A DNA stretch of 56,294 nucleotides, from contig JBFWSA010000013.1 of assembly GCA_050248615.1 (NCBI GenBank), positions 1-56,294 on the forward strand, in the 5' to 3' direction. Below are positions 53,243-56,294 of this stretch, one piece after another; within the stretch, counting starts at the first letter, position 1; every line of letters starts with the position of its first letter. Made by a program: the position numbers and the translations under genes. The notes under the pieces were generated by a model. The model did not search any database and was not told where the DNA came from. It saw only the letters and a program-made list of their open reading frames with translations. Origin of the DNA: Simkaniaceae bacterium (lineage in GTDB: Bacteria > Chlamydiota > Chlamydiia > Chlamydiales > Simkaniaceae).

Positions 53243-54049
53243 ATGATACCCACTTACCCCGACCCTCTTAAAGCCCAACTTAATCTGATCGCCACATGGG
53301 ATGAGGTGACTCTCCAAAACGAGATCTCCCGTTGCAACCAAGCAACCCAGTTTTTTTCTACGATGGCCTCAGTCATTCATATCGCCTCCATCCTTTTAGG
53401 CTTCACACTCCTCGTCACCTTAGGTATGTTAAATCCCTGCTATTTTCCTATTACCCTTGCCTTGTTAATGGTGGCTTATCATCCATTCCTATCTCTGACC
53501 TACCACCCCCTCAATGACTGGGCAGAACTGGCTCGAGAAGAAGCCAATAAATACCAAAATATTTTGACCCAAATGCAAGAAAATGGGGAAACCCCTGTTC
53601 CTTTTGAAATCCCCCACCATCCTGAATTAGGAGCCTGTAATGACCTATTTAAAAGGGTTATCCGTTCCCAATATCACGCACTAGAGGCTCAAAAAAATCC
53701 CATCCTTCCTCCACTCGACGCTCTTAGAAAAATCTATTCTGAAAATCCTTCTGAAGAGGCTTTGCAAAATATCTACCAAGCTGAGTATGAGCTCTGTGTC
53801 AAAGTCAATGTCAACCTCCATATTCGCATAAGAGAGGCATTTTTAGTGCATGTCGCAAATCATCCCTTTGATCAGCGAAACCTCTTTGACTTTGGCTCTT
53901 ACCACTCCTTGCGCATTAAATATGCTCTGGCCTTACGCGATGACCCTATTGCGGTTTTTATGCTCCGTTCTGGTGAATCGATTAACAGCCAAGTGATTTT
54001 GTCACAATCTTTAAACGGTCTTGAGGAAAGAATTTTTACCCCACAATGA
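53243..54049 (+). CDS. Inc-like protein, paralog of 51829-52755 (start moved to ATG 53243)
   Basis: Bilobed hydrophobic domain; C-terminal EAFLVHVANHPFDQRNLFDFG resembles HAYALHVLANVTDQRDFDAFG. Confidence 0.7.
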   Translation: MIPTYPDPLKAQLNLIATWDEVTLQNEISRCNQATQFFSTMASVIHIASILLGFTLLVTLGMLNPCYFPITLALLMVAYHPFLSLTYHPLNDWAELAREEANKYQNILTQMQENGETPVPFEIPHHPELGACNDLFKRVIRSQYHALEAQKNPILPPLDALRKIYSENPSEEALQNIYQAEYELCVKVNVNLHIRIREAFLVHVANHPFDQRNLFDFGSYHSLRIKYALALRDDPIAVFMLRSGESINSQVILSQSLNGLEERIFTPQ

Positions 54050-55223
54050 CTAATTCTTCTTGAGGAGGGAGTGTGACTTCCACTTCCCCTTTTTCATGAA
54101 TATAAACATCATATTCAAGACGCACTCCAAACTCTCCAGGGAGATAGATTCCGGGCTCAATAGAAAAACAGGTTCTAGGAATCAAAGGGCGGTCATCTTG
54201 GGTTTCAAGACCATCTAGATTGGCTCCTGGTCCATGGTTTTCTGTATTGATATTATGCCCTGTTCGATGGGTGAAGTAAGGACCATATCCCCCTTTTTCA
54301 ATCACACTGCGCACGACTCTGTCGACTTCTGCTCCGACCACTTCCTGACCTTTCTGATAGCGCTCTATAATGTAGTCGGTTCCTGCTTTTTGGGCTTTGC
54401 GGACAAGAGAAAATACCTCTTGTTGTTTGGGAGTAGGCTTTGCACTTGCCACTCCCACTCGGGTGATATCGGCAAAAACAGCATGGGGAAGATCTTTTTT
54501 ACACCACAGATCAATCAGGATAAAGTCCCCTTTTTTGATCTTTTCTGATTTTTCTTTTGTAGGGCAATAGTGGGGATCTGCAGCATTTCCATTCACTCCA
54601 CAGATCGGAACCCCTTCAGTCACACACTTTGCCTTTTCAAATGCTGAAAGGATGTATTGCTGAATGTCATACTCTGTCACCACTTTATTATTTTTTAAGG
54701 AGTGACCGATGAGTTTCCAGCAACTTGTAACGGTCTTTTCAAGTACATCTGCAGCTTCTTTATGGAAAGCATATTGCTGATCCGTCCAGACACAAACAAA
54801 GTTCTGCAGAAAAGGGGCAGAGCTGACCACTTCAACCCCATAGCTCCCAATAAGCTCGATCAGGCCGGCATCGACTTTTGAAACGGTTGGAATCGCCTGG
54901 TTGGGAGAGTATTCCATGGCAACTTGCTTAACGCCTTTTAGCAAAGTTTGCAGCTCTTGATGCAATTCTTTCCAACTCAAATAGAGTCTTTTTTCTCCAG
55001 GAAGATGGTCTAAATTATGGGCTTCTATTTTGTGTACAATCTTGACAGGCGTCCCTTCTTGGGGAATCCAATAAAAACACCGCCTTGTCATGAGAATTCC
55101 CTTGGGAATTTGAAGGATTTCTAAAGCTAAGGTGTTGGTCCCATGAAGATCATAGAGTAACCACCCTTCGATATGAAATAATTTTAGCTGCTTTTGTATC
55201 TGATGTATCAATGGTAAACACAC
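54036..55223 (-). CDS. Xaa-Pro aminopeptidase, M24B family
   Basis: DPHY, ILIDLW, ADITR, HRTGH, FSIEPGIY, GVRLE. Confidence 0.92.
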   Translation of the reverse strand: MCLPLIHQIQKQLKLFHIEGWLLYDLHGTNTLALEILQIPKGILMTRRCFYWIPQEGTPVKIVHKIEAHNLDHLPGEKRLYLSWKELHQELQTLLKGVKQVAMEYSPNQAIPTVSKVDAGLIELIGSYGVEVVSSAPFLQNFVCVWTDQQYAFHKEAADVLEKTVTSCWKLIGHSLKNNKVVTEYDIQQYILSAFEKAKCVTEGVPICGVNGNAADPHYCPTKEKSEKIKKGDFILIDLWCKKDLPHAVFADITRVGVASAKPTPKQQEVFSLVRKAQKAGTDYIIERYQKGQEVVGAEVDRVVRSVIEKGGYGPYFTHRTGHNINTENHGPGANLDGLETQDDRPLIPRTCFSIEPGIYLPGEFGVRLEYDVYIHEKGEVEVTLPPQEELVIVG

Positions 55224-56200
55224 TGTATGAGGGCGGAAGCCGCCACAATTTTAAGGGTTTGGTAAGGTTCTTCGAGAAGTTCAACCAGAAAAGGAATGGA
55301 GGCTTTGTCACCAATATGCCCCAACGCCCCTAAAATGTTGACTTTCATATCTCGGTCCATCGTTTTGTAGGCTTCTTGCAAAACTTCAATGGCTCCTGTT
55401 TCTCCCCCGGAAAGGGCTAAAACCAGAGCGGCTTGAACGCGTACATTTTCATCTTCTTCTTGCAAAAGATCTCGCAAAATGTCAATGGCTTCTTCCTCTC
55501 CTTCTTCGAGAAGGGTTGTTGAGGCTGTAAAGGTTACCCCTAAAGCATGCTCTTTTAAGAAACTTTTTACAGCCTCTTCAGCATGGGGATGACTTAAAAT
55601 AGCAAGTTTCCCCAAGATATCCAAACGTGTCAGATGATCAACCATCGTTGGATATTGGGGCACCTGAGGAATGTGACAAACCCGCGACGGAGCTAGGATC
55701 TCGAAGAGGGAGTTAGCTGAAGTATCCCACATGATTTTCCCTTTCCTCAACATGAGAAAGGTATAAAGAACATCTGCAGCATAGGATAAATCTCCCCCTT
55801 GACCGATCATTCCTAATGCTAAATTTGCTTTTACATAGGGATCAGGGGTGATCTTCATGACCTCTCTTGCTAGAGAAAACCCTACACTTCCCACTCTTCC
55901 TAAAATAAAGGCTGCTAAACGCCGGGATGCATCGTCGTTCGAATAGATGCTTCTTCTGAGTACCTGCAGCGCTGTTTCAGGAGCAAAACGGGAAACAATA
56001 CAAGCTGCTGTGAGGGCTACGGGGGGGTGGGGATCTGCTGTAAGATCGATGAGTTTACTGAGCTGCAGGGGCTCTAAATTTTTAATCCCTAAAAAATAGA
56101 GCGTATTGAGTGCAGCAATGCGTACATCAGGACTGGCATCCTCTAAAAGGTGAACCATCGCCTCTTTTTTTTCACATAAATCGAGGTGGGAAACAATCTG
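55208..56200 (-). pseudogene. C-terminal part of a conserved chlamydial HEAT-repeat protein; frame closed upstream by TGA at 56201-56203
   Basis: HEAT repeats (LEDASPDVRIAAL, ENVRVQAALVLAL, IPFLVELLEEP). The frame begins mid-repeat (QIVSHLDLCEKKEAMVHLL) right after a stop, with no signal peptide. Confidence 0.55.
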
Positions 56201-56294
56201 TCAATCAAGATTACGCAAACCAGCACGTTTATATACTAAAAGCGCAGTGAACACTTTGTCATCAATATATTCATAAATGGTCACAATCGATGCA

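Noticed and set aside
389..54548. Many 60-165 aa ORFs antisense to, or out of frame within, long genes
   Set aside because: Shadow ORFs of well-supported genes, with no recognisable motifs.
56201..56203. Genome-wide TGA recoding (genetic code 4 or selenocysteine)
   Set aside because: TGA is used as a normal stop (trpS, fumC, atpE) and long genes have no internal TGA.

Overview
This is a chromosomal segment of an environmental chlamydia (Chlamydiota; a Simkaniaceae-like lineage is my inference). It keeps the gene order known from Chlamydia trachomatis CT301-CT325: pknD, valS, a lipoprotein, the V-type ATPase operon, a CT311-like gene, tal, rpoC-rpoB-rplL-rplJ-rplA-rplK-nusG-secE-tRNA-Trp-tuf-tRNA-Thr-infA, a CT324-like gene and sufE. 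Accessory genes are inserted into this backbone: an amidohydrolase, apt, GNATs, tandem alanine/glycine symporters, a class I-alpha DAHP synthase, fumC, a lipase, a eukaryote-like GT90 glycosyltransferase and orphan effector-like genes. No transposase, CRISPR array or rRNA was found. The main unexplained structure is non-coding: four sequence-unrelated families of about 160-bp, fully palindromic MITE-like or Rickettsia-palindromic-element-like repeats. One family occurs as six full, half or collapsed copies, mostly at gene starts. Other highlights are a tandem pknD duplication with diverged activation loops, a paralogous pair of Inc-like genes flanking sufE, and a conserved HEAT-repeat gene interrupted by an in-frame TGA at a possible transposon end at the right edge.
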